Positions 1-12,676 of a DNA stretch of 64,000 nucleotides are shown here, one piece after another (within the stretch, counting starts at the first letter, position 1; every line of letters starts with the position of its first letter). The DNA lies in assembly GCA_964106915.2 (NCBI GenBank), contig OZ066920.1; one strand, given 5' to 3'. Below the pieces are notes generated by a model. That model ran no database searches. It was not told the origin of the DNA and saw only the letters and a list, made by a program, of their open reading frames with translations. The position numbers and the translations under genes were made by a program. Source of the DNA: Podarcis gaigeae. Taxonomy: Eukaryota.

Positions 1-3000
1 GGAAGAAGCGGAATGTAGAAGCACTTCTCCCTATTACTTACTGCAATAGATGGTGTTGAGTTGTAAGGCCTGGTGGTTGTCATGCTGGGGGCAGGATGAG
101 GCTAGTGTCAAGGTCTGGCATGTTCAGGCAGCTGCCAGGCTTCAGATCTATGCTGAAAAGGGCCCAAAGTTGATCCCTGACCTCGCCACTGTGGCCACTC
201 TTCATGCTCACTACACAGAAGGGGAGGATAGAAGCTGCTCCTTGTTACTTTCTCTTGTTGCTTGATTGCTTGCTTAAATGGTGATGGTAGTAAAGAGGAG
301 GAGGAGCTACTGCTGTTGCTTGCTTTCTCTCCTCAAGGCAGCCGTACGGAGGGCCAGTCCGCACATTCTTGCTTCCATCGCTCCTCACTCACTCACACAC
401 CCAAAGTGTGCAAGTAGTGGTGACAACAGGGAGCAGCTCCTTGGTCACTGTTGGTGACAAATGGGCCAGTGGACCCAATCCCACTTCTGTCCAGAGGGGG
501 AGAGGGCAGGTGGGTGAACAAACAGAGACTGCTGCTCCTCACTATGGCCTACATGTTCACTTACCCATTGGCTTTCTAAGAGATGAGATACTTACTCAAG
601 CGTAAGGAGAAGCTCATCAAGGGCAACTTTTGCAGTACCCCAAAACCTCAAGCCAGCTCTGTAAGTAGGTTTGTAGGTAGTATGTGGAGATGCAGAAGCA
701 GCCTTCCCTACTTGTTCGGATCAGTGACCAAACAATTTTAGGGTTTGCAAGGATTTAAGGTACCCTATAAGCCCACATGGTCCTTCTTCCTTCATTCATT
801 TAATCTGCCTCCCCAGAAGGCGTGGAGATGCACATGCAGTGCATCCATCCTATCTCTGCAAGCTCCAAGGTGCCGTGGGCTGAGGTTGTAGAGGGGGAAG
901 ATAAAAGGGTCAAGCTCACGTACCATTGCTGCTCCATATACTTTTTGAAAGATGGCTCTTTTACTACCACTCCAGATTTATGTATTTTTGTGTTTTCATA
1001 CAATAAACCCACAACTTATGTGGGCGTTATGTTCTGGGGATCGCACCTAAAGCCAAAATTGTGTCTAGTCCAAACCCATTGGGTTCAATGGTGGATGAGA
1101 TTGCCAAAGTCATTCCCCCCAGAACTTCTTTTCCATCCCTTTTTTGCCATGTGTGTAAAGCTGAATGTGCACAAGTTAAATGAACTTCAGATGTGGGCTT
1201 AATATACTGTAAACAGCCCCGTGATTCTCAGATGAAGAGTGGTATAGCAATTTAATAAATAAAGTGAAATAAATTTATTTATCTTTCCCCCAGTAGCAAC
1301 TAAGAAGATGGAGGAGTTTCCCCCCAAAAAAATGAGGAGTCAGTGAGAAGTTATATAAATGATTAAGGTCCTGGTCTTGTCATATAACAGCTGTTGCCAG
1401 CCTCTGGAGAGGATTTTTGCATATGAAACACAGTGCACAGTTTTACACATTTAACGTGCTGGTTTCAAAGTATGAATAATACATTCTCTTAATGAAAGAA
1501 ATGTGAGAATACATTTTCAGCATACTTCTGGAGATGAATGTACAAAGCAGTTTTGTGGCACACCAAGCCCTTTTTGATTATATTTCAGATGAAGTGAAAA
1601 GATCTTTTGTTTAGCTGTACTTTGTGAAATGCCATGTAATCGGCTTTGCCTGTTTTAGCAATAAAAGGCTGTTTCCCCCAATAAACAGCTGCAGTTGTAA
1701 CTCGTCCAGTGTAGAATTTTTAGCATAATGATATAAAATCCAGTCATAATGGTTCTGAAGCGATAAACAAGAAATGAGTTAAGACAAGCACAGGCACATG
1801 CAAGTAAGTTATCTTAATCCTCAGAGCACAAATAAACTCCCCCAAACAATTCAATTTTAAAGAACTAAATTACAAATAAAATACCAGAAGATTAATGGTG
1901 CAATGCTACGCACGTTTACTCTGTCCAGTGTGGCTTGCTTCTAGTTAAGCATGCAGAGGACTGTGGCTTAAGGCACACATTCCTGGTGATCAACCCCATT
2001 TAACCAAGTGGAAATTCTGGGGTAACATTCTTAGAATTGCACTGCATATTGCCAAGCAAATTAAGAGATTTTTTTCCTAATTAAATAATTTAAAGGAAGC
2101 TGAAATTTTAATGTCTCTGCTACCTGGGAGTTTAGCTTGTGGAAGAAAACAGCAGTGCAATCATATACATGTGTACTCAGAAGTAAGCCTTGCTGTTTTA
2201 TTAATGTCATCCAGCAGGCAGGGAGGGCGGAGACCCATTGAGTTCAATAAGCGAGTATTAAATTTCAAGTGTAGAGTTCAGCCTAAAACATCTAATGGGG
2301 TCAGTCTGAAGAGTCATTGCATTGAAAAATCAAGGTTTCTCCCTTTTACTTAGTAGTCAGAGGCTGTTCTGCGCATACATCTGCACTGAGCACAGTACCC
2401 TTTTAGATAGATTGTATGTAAACTACCCTTAAAAAGAAAATGCTATGCCGAAGTATTCCAAATTTTGTTGATTTTGTAGCTCATCTTATAATGGACTGTG
2501 ATGGATGGAGTCAGAGGGGAAAAGAAGGCAGAGCAATGGAGACAACATCAAGTGGCCATGGTTTTAACCCACCAAATGCCAATTATTAGCAGTAGTTCTT
2601 CATTTCAATTTTCAGCTAAGTCGTGGACTCACTGCTTAGGCTTGAGTGTCCCAACCCAGCATTTGCTGAACTAAAGAGGAAGATGCAGTTAACCAGCCCT
2701 GAATCAGCATATTATCCACCTGCATGCACCTCTCCTATCTGCTTCGCCTCAGCTTGACTCATTTTTTTTGTTTGTTTCAGACAGAACCCAAAAATTAAAC
2801 ACTTCAGGCATTTATAGGGGAGAATTTGTGCGTGTGGAAGGGGTATCCATGCTCTATTCCCCCCGGATGTTCAAGTGCCTCCTGTAGGGTCTGAAAGCCC
2901 ATGTTTCCCTCAGTGTCTAAGCTCTAGATTATTTTTCATGAAAACACAGCATAATAAACTTACTTGCCTTTCAGATGCCACAAGATTCTTTGTTATTTTA

Positions 3001-3857
3001 GGATCTAATACCTCTTAAGCTTCACCCCGCCATCTGCATAGTAAGAATAATAATGCTGGCTTGCTTTAAAAGTTTGCTTAGAGAGGACTGTTTGCGATAA
3101 TTTGAGCTTTAAAGAAAAAAGCACATTGTTTAAATATTAAATCATGTTATATGACCATTATAATAAGTCATCATGGGATATCAAGCAGTAGGCGTCAGCA
3201 CCCTTACAACTTCATTGTTCCACAGGTCAAGTGGGGCAGGTCTACGCTACCTTGCTATGGCAGCAGCGATCCAGCGGAAAGCTTTTATTGGTTTATCCTA
3301 GGTTGTGGTACAAAGTGCCTTTAGGAAGTGGTACAGATGAGTTACCCACATGCTCCTTTTCTGTACAATTCTGCACTGTGCAAGGACTTTGTGCACAATG
3401 GTTTTAGTGAAGATGGCTCTTGCCAGTGTTGCTATGCTTCTGTACGCTGTTACGGTACTCTCAATCAACTTGGACACCAGTGCAACAGTTATTGCATCTA
3501 ACTGTGTGCACTGATTTGTAACTGGGCTTCTAAGCCTAATTACAAATATACATCTTTTGTAGAATACATTTCCTTAACATATTGTGAGCTTAGTAGGATT
3601 TAATTGCTTTGCAAAAGTTATAGTGTAACGGGAAGAGGGAGTTTGTAAATTTTTAGTAGTGCTGCTATTAATACTAAAAGTGAATGCACTTGAAATCTTA
3701 CCTCATTGAATATCATAACTTCTAGAAATGTCATTGGCGCTTGTGTTAATCTTTTTGTATTATATTGCTGTATCAACCAACCTGGTGCTGTGTTGGCCTT
3801 GGCTGAAAGGCAAAACAAGTGTTTATTGTCCTCTTTCCCACTTTTGGTTTCTTACAG

Positions 3858-3970
3858 ACCCCAAGGACTTACTGTGCTGCTAATACAGAGGATTTGGAAA
3901 CCGTTGTTCATTATGTACACAACTTGTACTCCTCAGCTCCGTTGATGGCAGCAGGTGTTTCTATGGGAGG
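3858..3970 (+). CDS. ABHD3: ABHD3 coding exon (TPRTYCAANTEDLETVVHYVHNLYSSAPLMAAGVSMGG)
   Basis: cttacag|ACC ... GG|gtaagt; carries the GVSMG nucleophile motif. Confidence 0.93.
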
Positions 3971-6900
3971 GTAAGTATTTATGCAACATAAATCCCAGTA
4001 GTGTAACTCTGTGGTCATTAGAAACCAATTTGCAAAGGCCCTCAATAAAGATTCTGCATACACAGCACAGACTCCATGGGAAATGTACTAAGTCTAATTT
4101 TCCATCATGTTTCTACTTCTTCTTGAAAGAAAGTTTTACAGTTTTACAGGGGAAGAGTGATTTTTCTCACTGAACCTTCCACATGATATGCTTTTGTTTA
4201 CCATAATCACTTACAAGTTTATTTGCTGGAACTGATGGTAACTCTCAGAAAACAAGTGACAATATTTGGCATACATGACTAGTGGGAGCTATGTTTGACC
4301 ATTTAAGCAGCATTTTATTTATAAACCTCAGACCTGAATTAAAGGCATCTGCAGGATAGTAATCAGTATTTTATTATTATATACATCTTGTGTGATTGTA
4401 GGATATGATTAATATAATTAATGTAACCAGTCTTGAGAATTGTGGGATGTGACCTACATCTTTTGATACCATTTATTGTTTTGGGCCAGTCACATTCCTT
4501 CTTGTTTGGGTTTGATTATGGCAGTTGGCTTACAAGTCATTATCATAGGGTTGTAGTACCATGAGGGAGAGATGCTTTGCTGCTTACCTGAGGCAGTCAG
4601 CTCTGTGTAACTGTTTATATTCCTTAGGGATTTGCTTATTGTTAGTAGGAGACTTCTAAGACATAAACACATAATCAAAAACCTTGTACGCTAGTCTGTT
4701 TATTAAAGAATTTGTATAAAATTGTATAAAAGATTTGTATAAAAGGGAGGCAGCAAAGAAATGTCCCCCCCTACATTTTTATCTGTTTTATTGTGCATAT
4801 GGACCATCAGCTGTAAACTGGAACACATTTATCCTTACCCAGTCTTTGTCGTTCTTCAAAAGAGCGGCACCAGGCCAGCTAACACTAAAAACTTTTACAA
4901 GACCTTTTCAAACATCATAGGGAAGCAAAAATGTTTGCCACATACAGTCTATATTGTATACACAACCTTACACATAAAATGGCCCCAGAGGAATGACAAA
5001 AATGGCTGCTGCTGATACTAATATGTTAGTCTCGCACAAGCAACAACAAAAAAAAAAACCCTGATTGGCTGTGATATATCTTTTGCCTGTAGAATGGGCT
5101 GTCCTTCCCATTCCTTTACACTGTAACCCCAGTGCCTTTGAAAAATTGATCCTGAGGTGGTGGAGATATTGGGGATAGTGTGGAGTATAGTGTTAAGTTG
5201 TGGGTGAACATATCAGACGACACAGCGATTCTTCAAACAGCTCTTCTTTATTCAGAGGCCAGAACAGAACTGAGCTGAAGGGCTCAGTCAGCCTGCTTAT
5301 ATAGAGCTCCAGTACACATAATTGTAACAATTTTCTAAAACTATCCAATCACTGAACGTCACTTTCAATCCTTCATTTGCATAACTATCTACAGTATCCC
5401 CCTGCTGGCCCAGGGTAAGAACTTCAGTACATAACATACAGTGTTGCAAACTATGGGAGGAGCAGGAAGTAGGCAGAAATTGCATCTCCATTTGTATGAG
5501 TTTTTTTTCCATAGGTCCCTACTTGTGGGAATAATATTGTTGACTACCAAGCAGAGTTTGGGCAAGAAATACTGCAATAATATATCCAAAGCACTCAGGG
5601 AAAAACACACATACGCTAATACCCACGACAGCTTTCTTCAGATTGAGTCAGATATCAATCCAGTGAGTTCAGGTAAACTTTTCATTTAGTTGGTTGAAAG
5701 TTTCAAGGTTATTATCCTTATCATAAGCCATGATGGAAGCATATTAAAATGTTTGGCCCCACAATGCCATGCACATGATGGCTAGTATTGCCTTGACTAG
5801 TTTCAGCACTTCATCTCCTACTACAAATGTTTAGGACTGAGGTATTTTCATTTGTGATTTCTTCTTCTTTTTACCTATTTGTTTATCTCTTGTTTGTAGC
5901 ATGCTCCTTTTAAATTATTTGGGCAAAACTGGCAGAGAAACACCACTGAAGGCAGCTGCAATTTTTTCAGCAGGATGGAATGTTTTTGAATCAGCAGACT
6001 CACTGGAAAAGCCTGTGAACTGGCTTCTCTTTAATTACTACTTAACCAGCTGTCTACAATCTTCAATTATTAGGTGAGCCAACCTCACATCCATTGTGAA
6101 AGACCATAATATATTAGTATGAAATTCAAATTCATTGCCAGTCATGTCAAATATGTTATGGTGTGTTGAAGGAAGCAGTACCCAAGCGAAAGCTGTCATC
6201 TTCGGCTATTTTTGGTCATGTGGTTACTCTCGGATCTCTATTTATTTTACAGACATCGGGAAATGTTTGATAAGCTGTTCAATATGAACCTTGTCATGAA
6301 GGTATGAGGGTTAGCCATTTGTATTTCACTTCATGTTTTTATTTTTACTAACACTTACATAAATCCTTTACTTGAATTCTGTACTTCAGGCTAAGACCAT
6401 TAGGGAATTTGATAAGCAGTTCACCTCAGTCATGTTTGGCTACCCTACAATTGAGGATTACTATGCAGATGCTAGTCCATGCCGTAGACTGAAGAGAATT
6501 GGAATTCCAGTGTTGTGTTTAAATGCTATGGATGATGTCTTCTCACCAAACCATGGTAAGTTTTCCCCCCTTTTAAGAAGATGCTGTTGGTTGACCTCTG
6601 CGATTGAGTTGTGTCCGAAACAGAATGAGAAGTTAGTACAGAACTGGGTGTGGAGTGTAATTTTCTTATGGTGTTCCACTCAACGCACAAGTCGCCAAAT
6701 ATTGCACCAATAAAGGGTATATAATAATAATTATGGGTGGCTTACAAAATATCTAAAAACGTAATAAAAACATCAAGCCTTAAAAACCTCCCGATACAGG
6801 GCTGCCTTCAGGTTTCTTCTAAAAGTTGTGTAATTCTTTATCTCCTTCACATCTGAAGGGAGGGCGTCACTAGCGAGAAGGTCCTCTGACTTCATAGTCA

Positions 6901-7403
6901 GAAAAAGAAGCCTTACATAAAGTATGTGTCATAATTCTTGATTTTTTGTTACTGTGTAACATCTCTGGCTGGCTCTATTTTTAATTATGTAAAATGAAAA
7001 TTTAACCTTTAGCAACCCAGAACCCCAGACTTTTGTATGTCATAGCTCAGTTAAAACTTATATTGCCAAAACTGGTCTTCATAAAATTGATCTTTTAAAG
7101 CTGCATTCTGCTGACAGCAGAACCGTACTTCACCAAAAACATTCATTGTGTTATAGACTGAATGATAGTTATGAGAGAGAAATGTTGGGATGGGAGCTTA
7201 TACTTTGTTCTCTTATTTCTTTAGCCATACCAGTAGAAATTGCAAAACAAAATCCTAATGTGGCTTTGATTCTTACTTCTTGTGGAGGCCATATTGGTTT
7301 CCTGGAAGGACTGTGGCCAAGAAGATGCACATACATGGACAGAGTCTTCAGACAATTTGTTCAAGCTGTGTTTGAGCACGGAAGCAAAATCCTTAACATA
7401 TAG
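3858..7403 (+). CDS. ABHD3: Phospholipase ABHD3 (alpha/beta hydrolase domain-containing 3), 3' part; 5 coding exons, 5' exons lie upstream of the window
   Basis: Exons 3858-3970, 5900-6073, 6253-6301, 6390-6555 and 7225-7403 have GT-AG boundaries and consistent phase. Translation gives TPRTYCAANTEDLETVV..GVSMGG (GxSxG nucleophile elbow), LNAMDDVFSP (catalytic Asp region) and GGHIGFLEG (catalytic His). Position next to ESCO1/GREB1L matches known synteny. Confidence 0.95.
5191..5436 (-). mobile_element. Solo LTR (246 bp) in ABHD3 intron
   Basis: Termini TGTTA...TAACA; 5-bp target-site duplication TATAG/TACAG (1 mismatch); on the minus strand a TATA box (about 5297-5303) is followed by AATAAA (5247-5252). 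Confidence 0.7.
5900..6073 (+). CDS. ABHD3: ABHD3 coding exon (MLLLNYLGKTGRETPLKAAAIFSAGWNVFES...)
   Basis: ttgtag|C ... AG|gtgagc, 174 nt. Confidence 0.93.
6253..6301 (+). CDS. ABHD3: ABHD3 coding exon (HREMFDKLFNMNLVMK)
   Basis: ttacag|A ... AAG|gtatga, 49 nt. Confidence 0.9.
6390..6555 (+). CDS. ABHD3: ABHD3 coding exon (AKTIREFDKQFTSVMFGYPT...DDVFSPNH)
   Basis: cttcag|GCT ... G|gtaagt; lies within ORF 6372..6713. Confidence 0.94.
7225..7403 (+). CDS. ABHD3: ABHD3 last coding exon (AIPVEIAKQNPNVALILTSCGGHIGFLEG...KILNI*)
   Basis: tctttag|CC, stop TAG at 7401-7403; lies within ORF 7146..7403. Confidence 0.94.
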
Positions 7404-7594
7404 CAACTTATCAGAACCATGACTGCAGCACAGCAGCATATTATGATCAGGGTAATGAAGCTTAATGCACACGATTTAGCAAATAATCCAGCAAATGGAT
7501 GAAATCCATTATTAGGAGCGAAATATAGTTTGCTTTGATAATTTTGCAATATAGTTACTTTTTTATTTTAACATGCCTTATAAGAATGACCTTA

Positions 7595-7660
7595 AATAAA
7601 AAGAATACTCTGCACACATTAAATTGCACTTAACCAAAACCATGTAAGTAAACCAATAAA
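7595..7660 (+). terminator. Candidate ABHD3 polyadenylation signals
   Basis: AATAAA at 7595-7600 and 7655-7660, followed by T-rich sequence; another AATAAA near 8153. Confidence 0.45.
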
Positions 7661-9136
7661 AATTACTCAGGTTTTTTATTTATTTAGATAATTTATTTAG
7701 GAATCTTGCATACTTGTTCACATGCACATAACATTCAAAACCATGATTCTATTGCAATACATGAAGTGGGCTTGTCTCTAAGGGCACTTATGGAGGAAAT
7801 GCTTTAGGAAGATTTTAAAAGTAATGCAAATAGGACTTTAAAAAGCCATCATTAACTTTAGCCATGGGCTACAATAGCATTACAGCACTTTAGACCCTAT
7901 GGGGATTATATGTACTGCTTTTTCATTTCTGTTGATGCCATATATGTCTTACTTTTTAAACATTGTTAATTAACTTATAACATTTATATTTATACCAGAT
8001 GTTTTATGTTGAAATGCAGAATGGAAATAAATTACATTTTTAAAGAAACATATTCGTTTAATTTTCTGTGCAATAGCAGGTAAAGTTTGTATGTAAAGTA
8101 TGTTTCATAGAAGGAAAACTAAGCTTCTCATTAGAAAGATTAGGAAATATTTAATAAAAAGTATAATTGCCCCAGGCTGAATAGCTTCACTGGATTATTT
8201 TCAGTCTCACTCTCCATCCCACTGGGAATAGAAACAGTTTCAGGAAGAAATGTAAATATTTTTCAAGAGGTTTTGATTTTGAGACTATGCCCTGGAATGC
8301 TTTCTTACTTTGTCCCTCCGCTGTTTCCTATGTAGTGGAGTAATATTCAAGAATGATCTCCTCCTGAGTAAATACAGCACATTTCCCACATTTCCAGATA
8401 CACAAATTCTTCTATTTGTATTAACAGAATGGAATAGTGAAGCAATACGAGTAAATTTGCTTCCTTCTGCATTGCTGTCTAAGGCACAGTTCCACCTCTG
8501 GTGTTCTGCTGGACAGCCCATATAGAGGACTTAACAGGGAGCTAAAAGTTGTTTGCGGTGGGTGAAGGGAGCTGCTGTTGGCCCATCCCCATTATCATGA
8601 ATTATCACGCATCATCCCTAGTTTCATTGTAATAGATTCTGAAGCTTTTAAACCTGCTTCTTCTCCGCAGCAGAAAAACACAAGTTAGGTGGGGTGGGGG
8701 AGGGCGCGGAATGCACTGGTTGCAAAATCAAGCAGCATGTGGGAGAGTTATCAATTATTCTCTAAAACAAGTTAGCAAATAAACCTCTTACTAAAATAGT
8801 CCTCATAAACCATCAGCTGCTGGAAGTTTTCATTCACTGTCTCCCTGAAAAGTGCTTTAGAAACAAGACCTCAAAAAAAGAGTCTGAAAATGTATTGTTA
8901 ATACGATGACAATGAAGAATTTAAAGCCAGAAAACATATGCTCCAAAAGCCTTTCATATAAGATACTTTGAAACTGAGTCATACTGCTTAATTCTTAAAT
9001 TGATTATGACATATTTTGGATGAAGATTTCCATCCTACATGCACTGACTACAGCAAGACTTGCTTTCAGTTTGAGCCTTGAAACAAATAAAGCAGACTGT
9101 TGCTATTCATTTCTATAGAAGCAAAAGTAAAGTAAA

Positions 9137-9471
9137 AAAGGTAAAGGGACCCCTGACCATTAGGTCCAGTCGTGGCCGACTCTGGGGTTGCAGCGCTCAT
9201 CTCACTTTATTGGCCGAGGGAGCCAGCATACAGCTTCTGGGTCATGTGGCCAGCATGACTAAGCCGCTTCTGGTGAACCAGAGCAACGCACGGAAACGCC
9301 ATTTACCTTCCCGCCAGAGCGGTACCTATTTATCTACTCGCACTTTTGACGTGCTTTCGAACTGCTAGGTTGGCAGGAGCAGGGACCGAGCAACGGGAGC
9401 TCACCCCGCCGCTAACCTTCTGATTAGCAAGTCCTAGGCTCTGGTTTAACCCACAGCACCACCCACGTCCC
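9137..9471 (-). mobile_element. Sauria SINE (POM/Squam1 type), near full length
   Basis: On the minus strand, tRNA-like head GGGACGTGGGTGGTGCTGTGGGTTAAACC and ACCTTT-type tail; highly similar to copy at 12893-13253. Confidence 0.9.
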
Positions 9472-10149
9472 TAAACGTGAAGTACATTGGCTTAATTGGG
9501 ACTTTTCTCCAGGGAAAATCCATTCAATCCTTTCTTGGGTTAGAAGTCTAAGTGAAATTGGTGGAATTACTAACTGTATGGGATTAGAACAGAGTTGTGT
9601 GTTATGGGGACATTAGCATTGAAATACAGTACAAATTCAGTTCTCTTCCCAGTATTGCCAAATCAAGAAATTCAGTAGTTTTCTATTATAAAAAATACTT
9701 TCTAAAACTAGAACTGTTCCTAAACTACTTGTTTTGTTTATGAAGTTACTTGTGTTTATAATTCTATTAATGTAGTGTGTTCTTAATTCTTACTATTTAA
9801 ATACTGTACTACAATCCCCAACCTCTTTTCAGTCCTATGTACTTTGTAGGACTAAGAGCACTGCTATGCCATTCGTTTGACCTCTTTTTCCTCAGGGCAC
9901 AATAAATTGCTAAGTGATTTTAACACTAACCAGAAAATAATGACAAATCTTTTCGTATACAACACTCCTTACACACGCTTTCCTCGAGTAAGCCCCTTTA
10001 AGCACTACATTTTCTTGACGGGAGCAGTAAGAGGTCGCTGTAGTGCCGCAGTCTCTTATCAGTGGATGGAGGAAGGAATTGGTACAATTCCGTTATATAA
10101 AAAGACTTACAGTATATAATTGCGAATTTAATTATCTCTAGTGCCTGCC

Positions 10150-10602
10150 CGTATGAAGCCGAAGCTACAAAAGAGAAAGGCGTGGGAAGACTCAGGGTTT
10201 GCAGAAGTGTGTGTGTATATATGAGGTTTGCAGATTTATATGCATATACATTATACATATGTACACCAGGACCCCAGGAACAGTCCGAGTGTGCACAGTG
10301 TATTTGGAACACCGAGCTTAGGAGGGAGATGAAAAGGAACGAACAACCACCCGAACAAGACAACAGCCTTCAACTGCTCATGCGCAGGTGCTTCTTAGAA
10401 AGCTCGTCGCCGGATATCCGGCCCAGACGCTACGAGGCTTTTCGGGCAGCAGTAAGCGTGACTGTCAGGTGTCAGCTGGCAGCGCTTTGGGGGCGGGACT
10501 AAAACGGTGTCTTCGCAAAGGGAGGCTAAAGCAACAAGATTTTCCCGCCGCCATCATACTTCTGGTTTCTCAACGCAGTCTTTCGACTCCTTCGGCAGTA
10601 GG
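10150..10602. promoter_or_regulatory. Small CpG-rich promoter-like island upstream of and separate from the ESCO1 island
   Basis: Dense CpG; GC box GGGGCGGG near 10490, E2F-type TTTCCCGC 10541-10548, YY1-like CCGCCAT near 10548-10554, CATGCGCA near 10379. Confidence 0.55.
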
Positions 10603-11011
10603 CGGGGCCGGATTTAGGTTTGACGAGGCCCTAAGCTTACTGAAGGTAATGGGACCCTTTATATGTCCAGTTGCCTTTTGTCAACAACAAATTGTCGTTC
10701 TATTTTGTGTTGAATATATGCTATATGGTAATTTATGGACCTAATAGGTATCTAAAGCCATTTGCACATGCAGAATATATATATAGAAATGAGCAAATCA
10801 GTGATATTTTAGGAAGCAGGCTAGCAGGCAGGGGCCATTACTTACATCATACTACACAACACAAAACACTGTTGCTGTATGTAGGTTTATTTTTTACCTT
10901 ATATTTTGGAAATGTACATCCAGGGTTTTTTTCCTTTACATTTTTAGGGGCCTCCAAGTGAGTGGGGCCCTAAGCTATAGCTTGTTTAGCTTATACCTAA
11001 ATCCGGCACTG
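10603..11011. mobile_element. Non-autonomous DNA transposon (hAT-like MITE)
   Basis: Terminal inverted repeats GCCGGATTTAGGT ... ACCTAAATCCGGC, subterminal repeated GGCCCTAAGCT, AT-rich interior; no clean TSD. Confidence 0.65.
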
Positions 11012-11299
11012 GCTAGGGTAAGAATGATGGAGGTACACTGGGTAGCGGATGTTTGTACTCAGGCAGCCATAACCCACTCCTCCACAACAAACAATACTTT
11101 TTCTTAATTGGTTACTGGAACAGAACTCTGGGGTTTGGAAATAGAACTGATTCTTGTCGGGTGCAGTAGAAGGCAGAGAAATGGCTTTTGCATGAATGCA
11201 GCTGGGTGGTTATTTCAAAAGAAATAAACATTTTACTTTTTTCAAAAAAACAAAAACAAAAACACTCAGTGCGCCTGGTTCTTGTGAGGCAGTTGGCGG

Positions 11300-12400
11300 A
11301 AATCAGTGGAACACTTTCGCCCGGCCTTCCTCTAACCCGGTGCCCTTCAGTTGTTGCTTTTAGGCAAGCATGTAATCATTCCCGGGATTCAAAGACAGAA
11401 TTATTTCAAAGCAGTGCAGCGAAAGGAGGGCTCGTAACCTTTCACTCTTGAATGGGTTTTTCATAAGTAAATAGAAGTTTCGCTTCCTTGCCCCGCACAT
11501 GGAGGATTGTGAGCGCTGTAATCGGGAACCGGAGATCCTCCTGGAAAGCCATTCTACGAGTGCCCTTGGGCTGGCGTGATACCCGGATATGAGGAGGCGT
11601 TCTAGTCGCTTCTCTTTTCTCTCTTGCTCAGTGTTATTCGGCGCCGGCAGGGTGACATGAGGAACCTGCGCGGGTGACACCGACGCTGCCTCGAGCGGAG
11701 CCATCCCCCTCCCCGCGCCACTTTGTTCGCGCGCGCCGCCGCCTCGCTCGCCCACACGGCGCCACGGCCCCAAAGCGCCTCGTCCTGTGAGGGGGCAACT
11801 TGGCCGACCTCCTCCTCCTTCTCCTCAAGAGGTAAATGACAATCCTCCTGCCCTTCCTCAAGCAGCCGGGGGGAGGGGCGGGGATAAAACCAGAAAGAAA
11901 TATACGGAGGCTGTGGCCTTTCCCCGCCGGAGTCTCCCTCCCCCCCCCGAACCCCAGTTCGGCTACCGGGACCCCGAGAGAGAAGGAAACCGACGGGGGT
12001 TCGCCCGTTTCTCGACTCTGGGAATTTTGGCTTTGTTGGCAGCGCCTTGAGGAAGAGGAGCAACGCCTCCCCCCACTTATCCTCCTCCACCCGCGCCTCA
12101 AAACACCCCTCACATTCTTTGTATTTGCAAGCTCGACTCCCCTTTCTTTTTCCCGTGGAGCTCCGAATCGGTGCATAGCGGAGTAGGGATTTCTGGTGTC
12201 AATAGGCAACATGGGCTTGGGCTGCAGTCTAACTACGGACTTAGAAGGGAGCCCCATTCAGTTCAGTGGGGTTCGCTCGCAGGTAACATGGCCTCCCTCC
12301 AGGTCCCCACTTCTCTCCCTCTCACGGGAAAATCTGGCTATTGTTCTGCTAGGTGCTAGCCAGGTGAGGGGGAGGGGGAGAAGGGAAGTGACACAAAGCC
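11300..12400 (+). promoter_or_regulatory. ESCO1: ESCO1 CpG-island promoter and probable non-coding first exon (donor candidate AAGAG|gtaaat after 11831)
   Basis: Very high GC and CpG content (GCGCGCGCCGCCGCC) about 3 kb upstream of the first ESCO1 coding exon. Confidence 0.75.
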
Positions 12401-12676
12401 ACTTCTTTGGATGTGTTAAACTTCTTTGGATGTGCTAAATCGTACCCATTGCATTGATAAAGGAACTGGTTTGGCAAGCTCCTCTTTACGGTCTACCATC
12501 ATAAGACAGCACAACCCAAGATTTTGTAGGATATCACCTGAACTGACCACAAACAGTATCTGATGTTGTGTAAGTGGCACTTACTTCACACAAGAGTTTG
12601 CCTTCCTCTTCTCGCAGCCTCCTCCCCCCATCCCTCTGGATCAGATTTTAAGGGTTTGTGGGGAGATGAGGGAGAA

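Noticed and set aside
50-3800. Several 70-126 aa ORFs in the first ABHD3 intron shown
   Set aside because: No recognisable protein motifs or splice-consistent structure; the expected upstream ABHD3 exon was not found, so it probably lies before the window
8285-8525. Overlapping 78-aa and 71-aa ORFs as possible SNRPD1 remnant
   Set aside because: No similarity to SmD1 in any frame examined
11360-12438. Long overlapping ORFs (137, 162, 207 aa) in the ESCO1 CpG island
   Set aside because: Expected from GC-rich, stop-poor sequence; low-complexity Arg/Gly/Pro content with no domain
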